From Flectonema sp. DT1601 (taxonomy: Eukaryota), in assembly GCA_964019425.1 (NCBI GenBank), contig OZ025788.1, positions 930,001-994,000 of the forward strand: a stretch of 64,000 nt of DNA, in the 5' to 3' direction. The notes under the pieces were generated by a model. That model saw only the letters and a program-made list of their open reading frames with translations. It ran no database searches and was not told where the DNA came from. Made by a program: the position numbers and the translations under genes. Of this stretch, positions 46,801 to 57,691 are shown piece by piece; the first letter of the stretch is position 1, and every line of letters begins with the position of its first letter.

Positions 46801-49800
46801 TCTTATTCATCGTCCGCTTTTTTTCCAACAGAGAAGTACACTGCTGCTGTAATTCTTCGACTCTGCTTGCTGACACTTCTTCTGCGCAGCTTCGTGCTGT
46901 GACCAGTTGTGTCTCGAGAGTTGTTGTGTACTGACGTAACTCTTCCTTTTGCTCAGAGAGACAGGCGCACTGACGCTCCAGTTCAGCCATCTTACTTTCG
47001 ACATAGTGATCATTTTCAACACAACTACGAGCGGTGACCAGTTGGGATTCGAGATTCGTTGCGTATTGACGCAACTCTTCCTTCTGTTCTGTGAGAGAAG
47101 CGCACTGTCGTTCCAAGTCTGTCGTCCAACCTTCCGACAGGCGGCCGCCTTCGATGCAACTACGCGCGGTGATGAGTTGTGATTCAAGATCCTCAGCGTG
47201 TGTTCTCAAGTTCTCCTTCTCTTCAATGAGAGAGGTGTAGTCTTGTTCCAATTCAATAACTCTAGCGCTCGCGAAATCAGTCTGCTGAAGGCAGGAATTA
47301 GCAGTCACAAGTTGTGACTGAAGCCTCTCACATTCTGATAAGAGTGACTTGTGTTGAAGAAGAAGGGAATCGTTGTCAACTCGCAACTCGGTTGCGGATT
47401 TGTTTGTAATGGTGAGGCGAGCTGTTAATTCCTCGTTATCGTTCATTAAAATACCAACTGTTGACCTTAATGAGATGGTTTCATCTTCGATGTTTTTATA
47501 ATTATCAGCACAACTGAGCGCAGTAATCAATTGCTCGCTGACGGTACCAACTTCACGACGAAGACAAATATTTTCCTCCGTCAGGTTTGATGTGGTTGTG
47601 GTCAATTGATTTAATTTATCGCTGAGAGTTTCCTGCTCACCAACACAGCTGGTGGCGGCTACCAACTGTCCGTTTAAATTATTTATTAAATTAGCCTGAG
47701 AGGTATTGTCTTCGGTAACGTTGGCCAGGGTAGTTTCTAAAATTCTTATTTTTTGTTCGAAGGTTGGAAACTCTCCCGAATAACTTGTTTCGGTTATTAA
47801 TTGTCTTTCTAGGACGGCAATCTTGTTAAGTAGTAAAGTGTTTTGCTCTGTAAGCGTGGCAATCGTACCTCTCAGTGAACTCATTATTTCTTCAGTGGCG
47901 GTGTATTCTTCAGCACAGCTGAGTGTGGTCACTAACTGTCTGTCTAATTCTTCAATCTTTTCATATAAATTGCTGTTTTCCTCAGTAAGCATAGCAATTG
48001 TAGCTTTCAAAGCTTTTCCCTTTTCTTCTACTGAAACTACCTCTCCAACACAACTTGATGCGGTCACTAGCTGACTTTCTAACATCACAATCTTATTACG
48101 AAAGTTATTATTCTGTTCTGTGAGAGTGGCAATAGTACTTTCCAGGGATCTTCCTTTTTCTTCTACAGCAGATACCTCTCCCGCACAAGTTGAGGAGGAT
48201 AACAACTGCCCTTCCAGTGATATTATTGTTTCTTTCAAAGAGTTGTTTTGCTCTGTAAGGTTAGCAACAGTCGCTTCGAGAGCGGTCGTCTTCTTCTCTA
48301 CGGAAACGACTTCACCCATGCAGCTTGAGGTGGAAACCAGCTGTTCTTCGAGGGAAGTTATCGTTTCGTGTAGCAAAGTATTTTGCTCTGTCAGGTTAGC
48401 AATGGTTGCTTGTAGAGAAGTTGTCTTCTTCTCTGCGGAAGCAATTTCTCCAACACAGCTCGAAGTTGAAATCAGTTGACCCTCCAGAGAAGTTATAGTT
48501 TCATGTAAAGAGTTGTTTTTCTCCGTTAAGTTAGAAATCGTTACTTCTAAAGTTGTGACTTTTTGACGACAGGCTTCGTAATCATCAGCAACGCTGGTCG
48601 CAGATACCAAATTATGTTTTAAATTGTCGCTTTCAAGTTGGAGGGTCTTATTTTTTTTTGTTAGGGAAGCCATGGTTCCCCGAAGGCTTTTTATTATTTT
48701 CTCAGATTCCTCGTTGCTGTTTGAGGCAGAGTTCAACTGGCTCTTAAGAGAATTCACCAAGTCACTCAATACCTTCTTATCTTCTGATAATGAAGCAACT
48801 GATACTTCGAGAGAGATAACAGTGTCTTCCACTGATGTGTATTCCTCAACACAGCTGTTTGCCGCAACTAATTTTGCACCAACCGAGTGAAGCTCTGCAG
48901 TCAACATTTCTTTCAATGATGCTAAATTAGCACACGTCGATTCTAATGCAGCCTTGTCTGACTGAGTACTCACAAGTTGATTGTTTATTGATTCTAAAGT
49001 TACTTCACTTCGTTCACATTTTGAAGAAAGCTGCTCATTTTGAACTAATAAATGTTTGCAAGTCTGTTCTGAAGTATTTTTTTCAATCAAGGCTGAGTTC
49101 AAGTCCAGATCAACAGCATCGAAATTCAACTGCAGTTCCCTTAATTCAGTTTCTATCTTACTAAGGTTTCTTGATAAGGTGAGTCTTGTTTTTAAGAGAT
49201 TCGTACTTGTGGTCTGCAGAGTAGTTTTTTCATTGTCAAGATGCTGATTTTCTTCAGTAAGAATTTTAATATTTTCTCTCAAAGTATCACAACAACTTTC
49301 ACTTTTTAACAATTTATTTTCAACCAGCTGGTTGCTAAGCGAGAGTTCGCTGCACTCTTTTTCAAATTTCCGATTAGCTGATAATGTTTTACCCAGCTCT
49401 GATTCAACAGTTTCTAACTTCATTCTAATTAAGTTATTCTCACTAGCAGTAGTTGTGACTATTTGAGAAAGCTGTTGTTTTTCAGTAGTCAACTCCGCAC
49501 AATTAGACTCCAAGTATTGTTTTTGCTCTTTGATACTTTCAAGTTCAGTAATTACAGATTCTAAAGTAATTTTCTGTTGTTGATAATCTCCGAGGGCAGC
49601 TCTTAGATTGTCATTGTCGTTTTGAGTAGTGAATAGATTGCTTTTGAGTATTGCAATAGTTTCCTTGTTTTGATTTATGTTAATATCAGCTTCATCAAGA
49701 ATCACTTGAAAGTCTACTACAGTTGATGAGAGTAAAGTATTTTGATTAACAACTGATGTTATCTTAGCAATTAGTTGATTCAATTCGTTCTTAGCACTGG

Positions 49801-51235
49801 CTGGTGATTGGATTGCCTTGTCGAAGATTTCATTGGGTGAGAATACATCAAATACATTATCACCATCCACCTCAGGAAATGGAATAACAATCGGTGACTC
49901 ACATTCCATCTCAACTATCGGAATTGGTGATAGCGGTTCTGTTGCAAGATCAAACTCAGATGCGGGAGATATCATCGGAATTTCATTTTGACCGGGAATC
50001 GATCTTGATAGAACTGGAGTGCTCACACACTGTCCAATAGCTCGTAACGTTTTAGAATACACCTCATGATCGCGAGTAGTAGTAATAAGTTTATCAATAA
50101 GTTGTTGTTGACTAGCAGATGGTAATTTCAATGATTCAGTTACAGCTTTATAGAACTTTTGATATCCAGTATTTGCCTTTACTATTCTACGAATTCCTTC
50201 TCTGAGTGGTTCATTATCAGATATTTCTGTTGGTGATCCATGAACTAGTTGATACAGATCAACAACAACTTGTTTATGATAAACGGATGATTCAAGATCT
50301 TGTTGAAGTGCTGTATTCTCACAAAGTGTTGAGTTCAATTGGTCTTTACAAGAAGATAGTTGAGAAGCAAGAGATGAAAAGGAATGTTGAAACTGAGACA
50401 GCTGACTATTCGCATTCAACACATCAGCATCCCTCTCTTCAACACAAATAGAAAGCGACTGAATTGCTTCCTTAGCTGCAATCAATTCCCTATCAGCACC
50501 CATGCTTTGATTCTTTAAGAATGATAAACCAGAAAGAGAAAAGTCACTAAACTGACTAATCAAACCTGATAAATATTCTTCTTGAAGTTCTCTTCTACTC
50601 GTTTCTTCTTTTGATGAGAATAGTTTAATTGCCAGAGCACTTATTGTAGCATCAGCCTTTTGCCTGTTTGCCAATACTGTTCCTTGATAGTTAGTCATCA
50701 TCGCCTTAAGAGATTCAGATCGTTGGGTTTCGTGATCTAATTTCAACTGAAGAGATGTGTTGATTGAAGTTATGCCAGTCAGGTTTTCAACAAGTTCTTG
50801 ATTAGCCCTATCGTGGTCAGCAGATGCCTGTTGCCACTCTGCCTGGGTGGAGTAGAGTTCTTCCTTTGTAGTAAAGATTTCATTTTCTAATATTTTCGTA
50901 TTATACAACAACTCTGTTGGTGCTTCACCCCGGATTGAGGAATACTCCAATGTCAGTGTGTCAATAGCCCACAGATGTGACGTAGCTAAGTTGTGTAAGT
51001 CACTCATGTGACTGTTAACCTTCGCTGTTAAAATATCAAAATAACTAACTACTCGATTTTCAGGATACTTTTCTTCTTCATAAACAACTCTTTTATGCAG
51101 CATTGGAGGCGGGCTGTCTTCCCCCTCATTCCATCCGCATGGTGGTGACTCTGCTTTCCGTGGCTTCTTCGAAGTTGAGGACTTCTTCTTCGCAGGTTTG
51201 GGAGATCGCTGGATGCGTTGCGGTGTTACTTTCAT
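43811..51235 (-). CDS. Giant (2474 aa) coiled-coil protein with internal 45-aa repeats
   Basis: Uninterrupted ORF, rich in heptads, with repeated LTEQN..L...I..LE.QL.T..SC units. Confidence 0.85.
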   Translation of the reverse strand: MKVTPQRIQRSPKPAKKKSSTSKKPRKAESPPCGWNEGEDSPPPMLHKRVVYEEEKYPENRVVSYFDILTAKVNSHMSDLHNLATSHLWAIDTLTLEYSSIRGEAPTELLYNTKILENEIFTTKEELYSTQAEWQQASADHDRANQELVENLTGITSINTSLQLKLDHETQRSESLKAMMTNYQGTVLANRQKADATISALAIKLFSSKEETSRRELQEEYLSGLISQFSDFSLSGLSFLKNQSMGADRELIAAKEAIQSLSICVEERDADVLNANSQLSQFQHSFSSLASQLSSCKDQLNSTLCENTALQQDLESSVYHKQVVVDLYQLVHGSPTEISDNEPLREGIRRIVKANTGYQKFYKAVTESLKLPSASQQQLIDKLITTTRDHEVYSKTLRAIGQCVSTPVLSRSIPGQNEIPMISPASEFDLATEPLSPIPIVEMECESPIVIPFPEVDGDNVFDVFSPNEIFDKAIQSPASAKNELNQLIAKITSVVNQNTLLSSTVVDFQVILDEADININQNKETIAILKSNLFTTQNDNDNLRAALGDYQQQKITLESVITELESIKEQKQYLESNCAELTTEKQQLSQIVTTTASENNLIRMKLETVESELGKTLSANRKFEKECSELSLSNQLVENKLLKSESCCDTLRENIKILTEENQHLDNEKTTLQTTSTNLLKTRLTLSRNLSKIETELRELQLNFDAVDLDLNSALIEKNTSEQTCKHLLVQNEQLSSKCERSEVTLESINNQLVSTQSDKAALESTCANLASLKEMLTAELHSVGAKLVAANSCVEEYTSVEDTVISLEVSVASLSEDKKVLSDLVNSLKSQLNSASNSNEESEKIIKSLRGTMASLTKKNKTLQLESDNLKHNLVSATSVADDYEACRQKVTTLEVTISNLTEKNNSLHETITSLEGQLISTSSCVGEIASAEKKTTSLQATIANLTEQNTLLHETITSLEEQLVSTSSCMGEVVSVEKKTTALEATVANLTEQNNSLKETIISLEGQLLSSSTCAGEVSAVEEKGRSLESTIATLTEQNNNFRNKIVMLESQLVTASSCVGEVVSVEEKGKALKATIAMLTEENSNLYEKIEELDRQLVTTLSCAEEYTATEEIMSSLRGTIATLTEQNTLLLNKIAVLERQLITETSYSGEFPTFEQKIRILETTLANVTEDNTSQANLINNLNGQLVAATSCVGEQETLSDKLNQLTTTTSNLTEENICLRREVGTVSEQLITALSCADNYKNIEDETISLRSTVGILMNDNEELTARLTITNKSATELRVDNDSLLLQHKSLLSECERLQSQLVTANSCLQQTDFASARVIELEQDYTSLIEEKENLRTHAEDLESQLITARSCIEGGRLSEGWTTDLERQCASLTEQKEELRQYATNLESQLVTARSCVENDHYVESKMAELERQCACLSEQKEELRQYTTTLETQLVTARSCAEEVSASRVEELQQQCTSLLEKKRTMNKNLEVLSTGVPELEERFQLLQDDNNHLMSECEVLKSQLQDEISSSARLIELEQNCTSLIQEKETLRVNLEESEAKLITARSCLEEEKLSGDRIVELEHQCTSLMEDKQKQQLYSENLQSQLTAVHNHDEELLSSASRISELEQQHSLLTNENTRLLSVTKQLKEQLHIHSDDEDKITTLEELCSNLTNEKSNLTTLLENFENREKDLETRYSNLSHEKDELELTLESTQNEVRVREQEFTTLTKQHSELLHEKDNTELEQQCGELISEKESLQSNLTTAGQQIVSLQNQCEDLIEENKMLLTHIESVPSRTSHDNKAALEEERAGLLFEKKELNTHIESLRSQLLNTSPSKKREAKLTFEKIRVLEQSCTSLLDDKESLTAKISDLQSQLASVNTSERVFALERRCASLYKQNQTMSEYLNRIQSDDCHDVGFFEELQNKCDDLTKQNTILIETNNRIKENVSLYPEVSQLAEGAMYKLEQVNADLTHQLQLLRATVDKLYSDLFKNAASCTVEHKCSQLVREHFPSQNQTLKDTCSTLQKQNNTLTMNINQLQSRLAVVIEQEVPTSESEEKLIIAMNENKSLKSRLQELLLDSQLIASLKVQIVSLSSRLREKQSTLDDSTSTDITEKEDLINCVEDLRSQLVAANKCASSTQQEVDMLRNKIAELQQKNDLYSKGRSSKSTEDESLLREHVSMLQDKLSALEQLHEENESLHHSLDVATNNQKALEHCNIVLTERTETLEHRLRNNNDNLTRRILQLEAELQSSSRPLNKSSYEVVPRDVNSGDGSVISLELVTRLDAILKKQMNLIEEHLGASRKKLATEERSSESLREKIANLELQISEADMHHADLEQCNSCLIECNASLIERLTALEHSLQEGDRQNTILLEKLSELQAAGSLMVSEVSQPLKDCSIESTEGELIALRGQYYQDKSLWQHRRNSLEAANSHIQESLQEVLSLYKAASDPVAFFAAMKTWHRNHCLDGTGSDVGSLSPMSL
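46400..48900 (-). repeat. Degenerate 135-bp (45-aa) coding tandem repeats; boundaries approximate
   Basis: Equivalent positions at ~48391 and ~48526 are 135 nt apart. QLxTxxSC recurs with a 45-aa period. Confidence 0.75.
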
Positions 51236-51547
51236 ATCATAGGAAGTGAGGGATTACTTTTAACAGATGAAATAAAATAATAACATCAAACTATTCTACT
51301 AATGAAGTTCACTAATTACTACACTCCTCTAGATAACCTTCAGTTAGACCTGTATTAAAAGTAAAAATAAACACCACAAGTAACCAACTCACAGTAACGT
51401 ATACACTACTTCCAAGATGATGAGGGGGACGGATGTTTTGGAGACGTAGTTCTCTTCGTCAGTTGATGATAAGCCGAAATGAATATAATAAAATGACAAC
51501 ATATGGGGAACATGTGAATTTTTGGATTCTGAATGAATGCAGCGAGC

Positions 51548-53866
51548 CTACTCTTCGTCTTCGTCTCCGACACCCAACTTGGCATTGACGTACTCTTGTG
51601 CCCTCTTTTTAACGTATTCCACACGTTCCTCGTCACCCTTTTCTCTTTCGAATGATAGATATTTTGTCATAAATTGTTGCATCTTTTTACTAGACAGGTT
51701 GAGAGATGTAACTCTATCAAAAACATTTCTGATACGAGTTAGGTCTTCAAGACGTGGGAGAACAACACGTTCCATGTCCAAGTAGACCGACCAGAGATCA
51801 GCTCTTTTTGGATGCTTTAACAATAATCCTTCAAAGATAGTACGTCCCTTATCAATTGAACCTTGACGATAATGCATTCTGCCATACTTAATTAAAACAT
51901 CAACTTGTTGTTTAGATGTTAGTTGATCGTTTGCAAGCATTCTCTTTTGAAGTTTATTTATAGCATCATGTGCTCCCAATGACAACAAATATTGAGCATA
52001 GTTAACCCACGGTTCAGTTGATCTACCGAATTTTCTTAGTATTGTTTGATAGGTTCTCTCTGCTAGTATGTTGTGTTTTGATGCCTTGGCGATATCTAAT
52101 AGTGCTTTGTAAGCTGATAGTTGATCATCGCTGTGTTGTAAGAATCGCTGAAATACTGTATTCAATGACTCGGTTGTTCCGTTCAAGTTTTCAAGGTTGA
52201 GATATGCTACCCAAATATTGTGGAGTTCACCTGTTTCGCGATAGCTGATTGTTTTTAATGCACGTTCGGCAATGACACGAGACTGTTCAAATTCACGATT
52301 TGCCATATGGAATGCCATGTATTGACACCAAACAAAACTACTATGAGGCGATGCCATGATAAGCCTGTCGAAGTCTTCTGTTGTCTTAGCAGGTCCTCCT
52401 TCTGCTCGCTGACGTTCTACTTTGTCAATTTGAATTTCGGTTTCAGCTTTTTTGGATTTCTTTTGTGGGCGAGTTGTTGGAGATTTCTTTGCTTCCTTCT
52501 TATCCTCTTCTTCTGACTCAGATTCTTGCCAGTCAAATCCTACTTCAATAGCATCGGACGGATCGGATTTCTTTGGTGCTGCTTTTGGTTTTTCCAACTC
52601 TACGTCCTGCTTTGGTTCTGCAGTAGGTTGTAGTGAGAGGACAACAAAAGACTCTTCACATAACCATGGATCGTCTGGTGTTCTCATTAAGTTGGTTCTT
52701 CTTTTCTCCTGAAGATCTTCGTGGTCTTCTTGGACTTGTCTTCCAGTTTCAACCCATTTTGCTCTCTTTGGCTGACTGGTATTTGCTACTGGTCTGATTC
52801 GTACATATTCCACAACAGCTGTAATACGCTCACCTGCCTTTACCCGACTGCGTTCAGAATCAGATTCAGGTAGAGCAAGGTAACCCAATACTCCTGAGTA
52901 AGGTCTGCTTATGACAATGGCGTAGTTTTCTTTTCGGAGAATTACCTGGGCTGGAATAGTCTTTTTCATCTTCTTAGCGAGGTTCTTAAATGTTGATAAA
53001 GCTGTTCTTCGGTCCAGTGCAGTTGGGCAATTAGCTACAGCTGGATTACAACTAAAGTCAACAATACCATTAACTGGATCACAATCAATAACACGACAAC
53101 GTAATGTTCCTGGTGCTGATTGTTGACGTCCACCTGGTGTTCCAGGAGCGCTACTTGGCGTTCCAATTTCACGAGTTGTGGTACCAGTGGTGTCGGTGCT
53201 GACGGCATTTGCGCCAACTGCGACTCCCATCAAAGGATGAGCATTCTTTCTTGAAACACCCGTTGTTAATGAAGCTACAACTCCCTCATTAGTTCTACGT
53301 TGAACAACACCATCAAGAACTTGACCAATCCGAAGGTTCGCAAGACTTGTGATTTCACATACACGATCTCTGTCGTACAATAAGGATAAAAGGTTCGAAA
53401 CGCATACTGGAAGGTTGTCCCAGTCGTCTTTCATTGATGAACACACCCTTCTACCCATTGCAGAAATTAATATCTGATTATTATGCAACCCCTGATCAGT
53501 TGCTACGATACGGGAGATTCTTGATCTCCTGTCAGGGAGTCCTGGAGCAGGAGCTTCTCCTGTTCTGAGATGCATTAACTTATGTGATAAAAAGTCTCTC
53601 AAATCGGGATCTTCCGCCATACTTGAAATTGGCATGAACCCCTGCAGTCCTGCACCTAAATCAGTAATGACAGCATAAACATTCTTCTTTCCTTTTTTTG
53701 TAAGTACTTTTGCTACCGGGGCACCCTGCATGACACCTCTATTTAAGATTCTTTCCTTTTGATTTCCTACTTCATCATCACTAGAACCTTCGTCTTCAGA
53801 ACCCTGCCATTCTTCAAAGCCGCCTTTGGTGCCGGGGATTGGTTCGGGTTGCTTGCGCTTCGACAT
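51548..53866 (-). CDS. RRP5: rRNA biogenesis protein RRP5-like (few S1-like domains + C-terminal HAT/TPR repeats)
   Basis: EDFDRLIMASPHSSFVWCQYMAF, AERALKTISYRE..E..NIWVAYLNLE, GRTIFEGLL...PKRADLWSVYLDME and KYLSFE are the RRP5 C-terminal signature. Confidence 0.9.
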   Translation of the reverse strand: MSKRKQPEPIPGTKGGFEEWQGSEDEGSSDDEVGNQKERILNRGVMQGAPVAKVLTKKGKKNVYAVITDLGAGLQGFMPISSMAEDPDLRDFLSHKLMHLRTGEAPAPGLPDRRSRISRIVATDQGLHNNQILISAMGRRVCSSMKDDWDNLPVCVSNLLSLLYDRDRVCEITSLANLRIGQVLDGVVQRRTNEGVVASLTTGVSRKNAHPLMGVAVGANAVSTDTTGTTTREIGTPSSAPGTPGGRQQSAPGTLRCRVIDCDPVNGIVDFSCNPAVANCPTALDRRTALSTFKNLAKKMKKTIPAQVILRKENYAIVISRPYSGVLGYLALPESDSERSRVKAGERITAVVEYVRIRPVANTSQPKRAKWVETGRQVQEDHEDLQEKRRTNLMRTPDDPWLCEESFVVLSLQPTAEPKQDVELEKPKAAPKKSDPSDAIEVGFDWQESESEEEDKKEAKKSPTTRPQKKSKKAETEIQIDKVERQRAEGGPAKTTEDFDRLIMASPHSSFVWCQYMAFHMANREFEQSRVIAERALKTISYRETGELHNIWVAYLNLENLNGTTESLNTVFQRFLQHSDDQLSAYKALLDIAKASKHNILAERTYQTILRKFGRSTEPWVNYAQYLLSLGAHDAINKLQKRMLANDQLTSKQQVDVLIKYGRMHYRQGSIDKGRTIFEGLLLKHPKRADLWSVYLDMERVVLPRLEDLTRIRNVFDRVTSLNLSSKKMQQFMTKYLSFEREKGDEERVEYVKKRAQEYVNAKLGVGDEDEE

Positions 53867-55281
53867 CTGAATTCACCCTGTATGGTAAAAGGTAATTACG
53901 ATATACGGTACAAACAATAATAAAAAGAAACACAGTCCCTAACCGTTCTTATGTAAAGCTGTATGAGTAGTAGTTACAACAGGTGTAGCCTTATTATTAA
54001 ATACCAACAATGTATTTCGGGGAGGAGGAGAGACAGTGAGTGAATTGCTAAGGCTGTATCACCTTTATTTTAACTTTAGAAAAATGATCACCAACCATGT
54101 ACGAAGGGTTACTTAAAAAAAGACTTCTTTTCTCAATTATGAATTTCTGTCACGCGAAGGGCACTAAGATGCAAGTAAGCTGCAACAGGTATCATATTGA
54201 TAGTGAAAAGTAGTAGTTTTTTTTTTTTTTTCCGTTCTCTTCAAAAAGAATTGAAAGATCTAACCTTGGGGGACAAAATGCGGCGGAGACAAATAGAGGG
54301 CCATCATTCAATTTCTTTTTTCCAAGGTGAAAAACACCAAGACTTTGCATTTTCTTTTCTTCTTTTCTTCGTTTTTTTTTTTTTTTTTTCATTTTCTCTC
54401 TTTTAACAATTATCCCAAGCAGAACAGATACCCTCAGCATTTGAGGGGGACGATGTTGGTATTCACGTAACAAAAAGAATACCACCTTTGTGTTAATACT
54501 GCACTCGCAAGGGGTTGAAACTTTATTTTAATAAATTCTTACTGAGGACTACGAGAAAGGGGAATAACTCACAGAACAGAAAACCTTTTCGGAATACCTT
54601 TAGGTACTTGAGGGAAAACATGAAGAAGCTTACGCAACCACGTCGTTCCGGTTGCAGCAATAAAGCAAACAGAAGCTTGCTAACAAACAAGCAAAAGAAT
54701 GAAACTGTTTTTAAAAAAAAAAAGGCAAAAAAAAAAAAAAAATCTATGAGCAGAAACCTTTCCTCTTCCGGGTTCCCACGAGGGTTTTTGTATTAGATTT
54801 CGGTGTCTCTTCGTATCTTATAAGCACTAAATTACATTGAGCAGTAAACTCAGTTACTGGTAACAGGGAAAACAAAGAAACATAAATTACAGATCTTAGA
54901 GAAGAAGAGTTGCCATAAGCGGCAACAACGGAGTTTTAAAAAGAAAGAGAACGAGGAAAAAAAAAAAATGAATCGACCAATACTTTAATTAACTGCGAAC
55001 CGACTTAAACTGAGAAAGCTAAAGGAAGCTTACAATACTTGTTAAATAAAAAGAAGAAAGAAGAAGAAAGTAACCAAAACAAAATTGGTTAAAAAATCAA
55101 CCTGAGAAAACAGTGGGATAGAAGATGCTTTTTTCACAGGGCAGTTTCGTTGCGTTCATCTTTCGAACTCGCCTCAGGAGGTTGGCGTTATTTTAGGTAG
55201 GAATCTCATATGAACTTCACAGGCTGTACAATTCTTATCGACTCAGATGTTTTCCTTAAGTTATGATTAGTTGAGCTTTTT

Positions 55282-56367
55282 TTACATTTTGTCAAGTTCT
55301 GGAATTCTAACATTTCTCATAAACAATTTTCTGTTGTACGGACCGTTGACAAGACACCTTCTCCAAACTTCTTTTCCACAGACGTCTCTAACAGATGAAA
55401 TCCAACTCTGACCAGAGTCAGAATCAATTAAGCTCTTGCGTGACTTTTTACTCTTCGATTTCTTTGCTGGAAACATTGTTGCATTTTCATCATGTGCACT
55501 ACAAAATCTGTTTGTTGCTGATTCCAACTCATGAAACAATGATTGCAAGTTTTGCATAACCATGTAGTGGTATTTCGATACTGTTAACTTTTGTATTGGA
55601 GTCGTTCCCTTCTTTGTAATTATCACGAGGTTCTTCTTTTTGAACGTTCTGACCCTCCACATTTCAGTTAACTTAAACAAATTTAGTGAGATGTTCTCAA
55701 GTGATTCATGCACTACTGGGATAGAGTCCTCTCTGAAGTCATTATCTACTCTCAACTCCGCAATAGCCTCACCTGCAATACGAAGAGAGTAAGGAATATT
55801 AAGTCCCACACAAGCTCTGATATATGTCGGTAGCACACTTTCAATTAACGGAATTGGTGAATTCTTAAAAGTCTGATGAGCAGCCATAAGTATTTCTTCG
55901 AGAGCTGTCGCAACCTGGGACTTATTCATGTCAAGATCGATTCCGCCTCTAGCGCATACCGCACGTAACAATGTCACATAAACAGTACCATCAACTACAA
56001 TATTATTCGACAGGATCTTACGGAAAATAGTAGCAATGCGAAGACATTGATACCTAGAGAAAGTTTGGTGCATTAGACTTGATTGAAGCTTTGCGACAGC
56101 CCCGACTGCGCTCGCACTGAGGACGGAGTCTTCCTGCTGTGCTACTTGTCTGCTCGCGTTAAAAATAATTGCCTGCAACTCCTCGTTTAACAGGGAATTT
56201 GCTCTCGTAGTTTTTTCACCAATGTGTTCCATAGAAAGCCCCGACTCCTCACCATGTTTACCTCCCCCACCAGTTCGGATCTGTCTTGCCACTTCAGTTT
56301 CATTACATGTATTCTGAAGCTTTAACGCCGACCGGCTCAACACTCCACGAGATGCCACCTTTAACAT
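55282..56367 (-). CDS. Hypothetical, probably mitochondrion-targeted protein with a PPR-like motif
   Basis: MLKVASRGVLSRSAL resembles a presequence. DGTVYVTLLRAVCARG resembles a PPR helix. Confidence 0.55.
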   Translation of the reverse strand: MLKVASRGVLSRSALKLQNTCNETEVARQIRTGGGGKHGEESGLSMEHIGEKTTRANSLLNEELQAIIFNASRQVAQQEDSVLSASAVGAVAKLQSSLMHQTFSRYQCLRIATIFRKILSNNIVVDGTVYVTLLRAVCARGGIDLDMNKSQVATALEEILMAAHQTFKNSPIPLIESVLPTYIRACVGLNIPYSLRIAGEAIAELRVDNDFREDSIPVVHESLENISLNLFKLTEMWRVRTFKKKNLVIITKKGTTPIQKLTVSKYHYMVMQNLQSLFHELESATNRFCSAHDENATMFPAKKSKSKKSRKSLIDSDSGQSWISSVRDVCGKEVWRRCLVNGPYNRKLFMRNVRIPELDKM

Positions 56368-57691
56368 TTGTATTTTGAAGCCTGTTAGGTGTGTAAGATG
56401 AAATATGATATGTCCTTCATATGTAATTGAGTACTATTCGATATTCATCCTTTTCCATAATGTGTAATAACTGCGATAATCTTGTTAAGTTGTATTCCTG
56501 ATAACTAAAACAATAAAAAGAGATGCTATCCCTACAAAATGCCGCGGATGCCCAACAGAATAGGCCGCTACAAACAATACAAAGAAAAACAGGGAACGGG
56601 GACCTTTCGTAACAGCATTTGGCTGTTTTCTCACATTTATCACTCAACAGCAGGATGCTATTTCCCCTAAAGCCCAATATACTAATAATTATTTTTTGCG
56701 ATTAGTGAAGAGGTTTGTTATTGAAGTATGCGACGAGTTGTCACGGTAAGCGAGTGCCAATGACACCGTTCAGATGGAGCAAAGGCAAGTAAAAGAAAGT
56801 TCAATCCCACTAAGAAAATACAAATTACAATCACGTCACAGATCGGGATCTTTTTTTTCGAGGCAGTAAATATCAATAAAAATAATAAATCATCATTTTT
56901 TATCATCCCCACATCCAGAAGACTTTTTTTTTTTTTTTTTTTTATTACTTTTTTTTCTCCCTCCCAAGAGGAAAAAAAAAAAAAAAAAAAACTCTTGGGA
57001 GGTAAAAAAGATACTTTGGAAGAACAAAATAGTAAGGCAATTTAAATACAACTATAAATCACGGGAGTAGGTTTGCCTATTTAATTGTGACAGCATGGCA
57101 CAAAGAAACACTCACCGGGCACATCGTGAGCGAGAAAACTGTCGATATCTATTGTTGTCTTACGTAAATACGAACCATACAAATCCACAGTACTTTAACA
57201 CGCCTTAACAAAGCTAAATGAAACGACCACTACACACGTTTCGTTCTTTTTCTGCACACAAACATCAACCAAAATATGATGAAATTATAAAACCACACGA
57301 AAAATCGTGGTTTGCAGACATATTGATGGTGTTATTTGTTATTTGGCTTATGAAATGGCTGTGCAAGAGTTGTGTTAGGAAAAGGCGTCAAAGCTCATTA
57401 TGTCTTCGAGATGGGACAAAAAAAGGAACGAAAAACAGAACCGTGTCATTTCGCAGTAAGAAAAAAAAGGACAAAAAAAAAAAGAAAAAAAAAAGGTGAG
57501 CACCTTAAAATTATTCCACGGAGAAGACAATCACCGCGGTGGGGAAAGACGGAACAACTTATGGAGTAGAGGGCCAGACGACTATAAACCCAAATCCACA
57601 GAAAAAAAAATAACACAATTTTTTTTTAAGGTCATTTTTCTTTCCCGGACTAAACAAAAACACTCACGTCATTAAAAGTAACTTTTATAAG

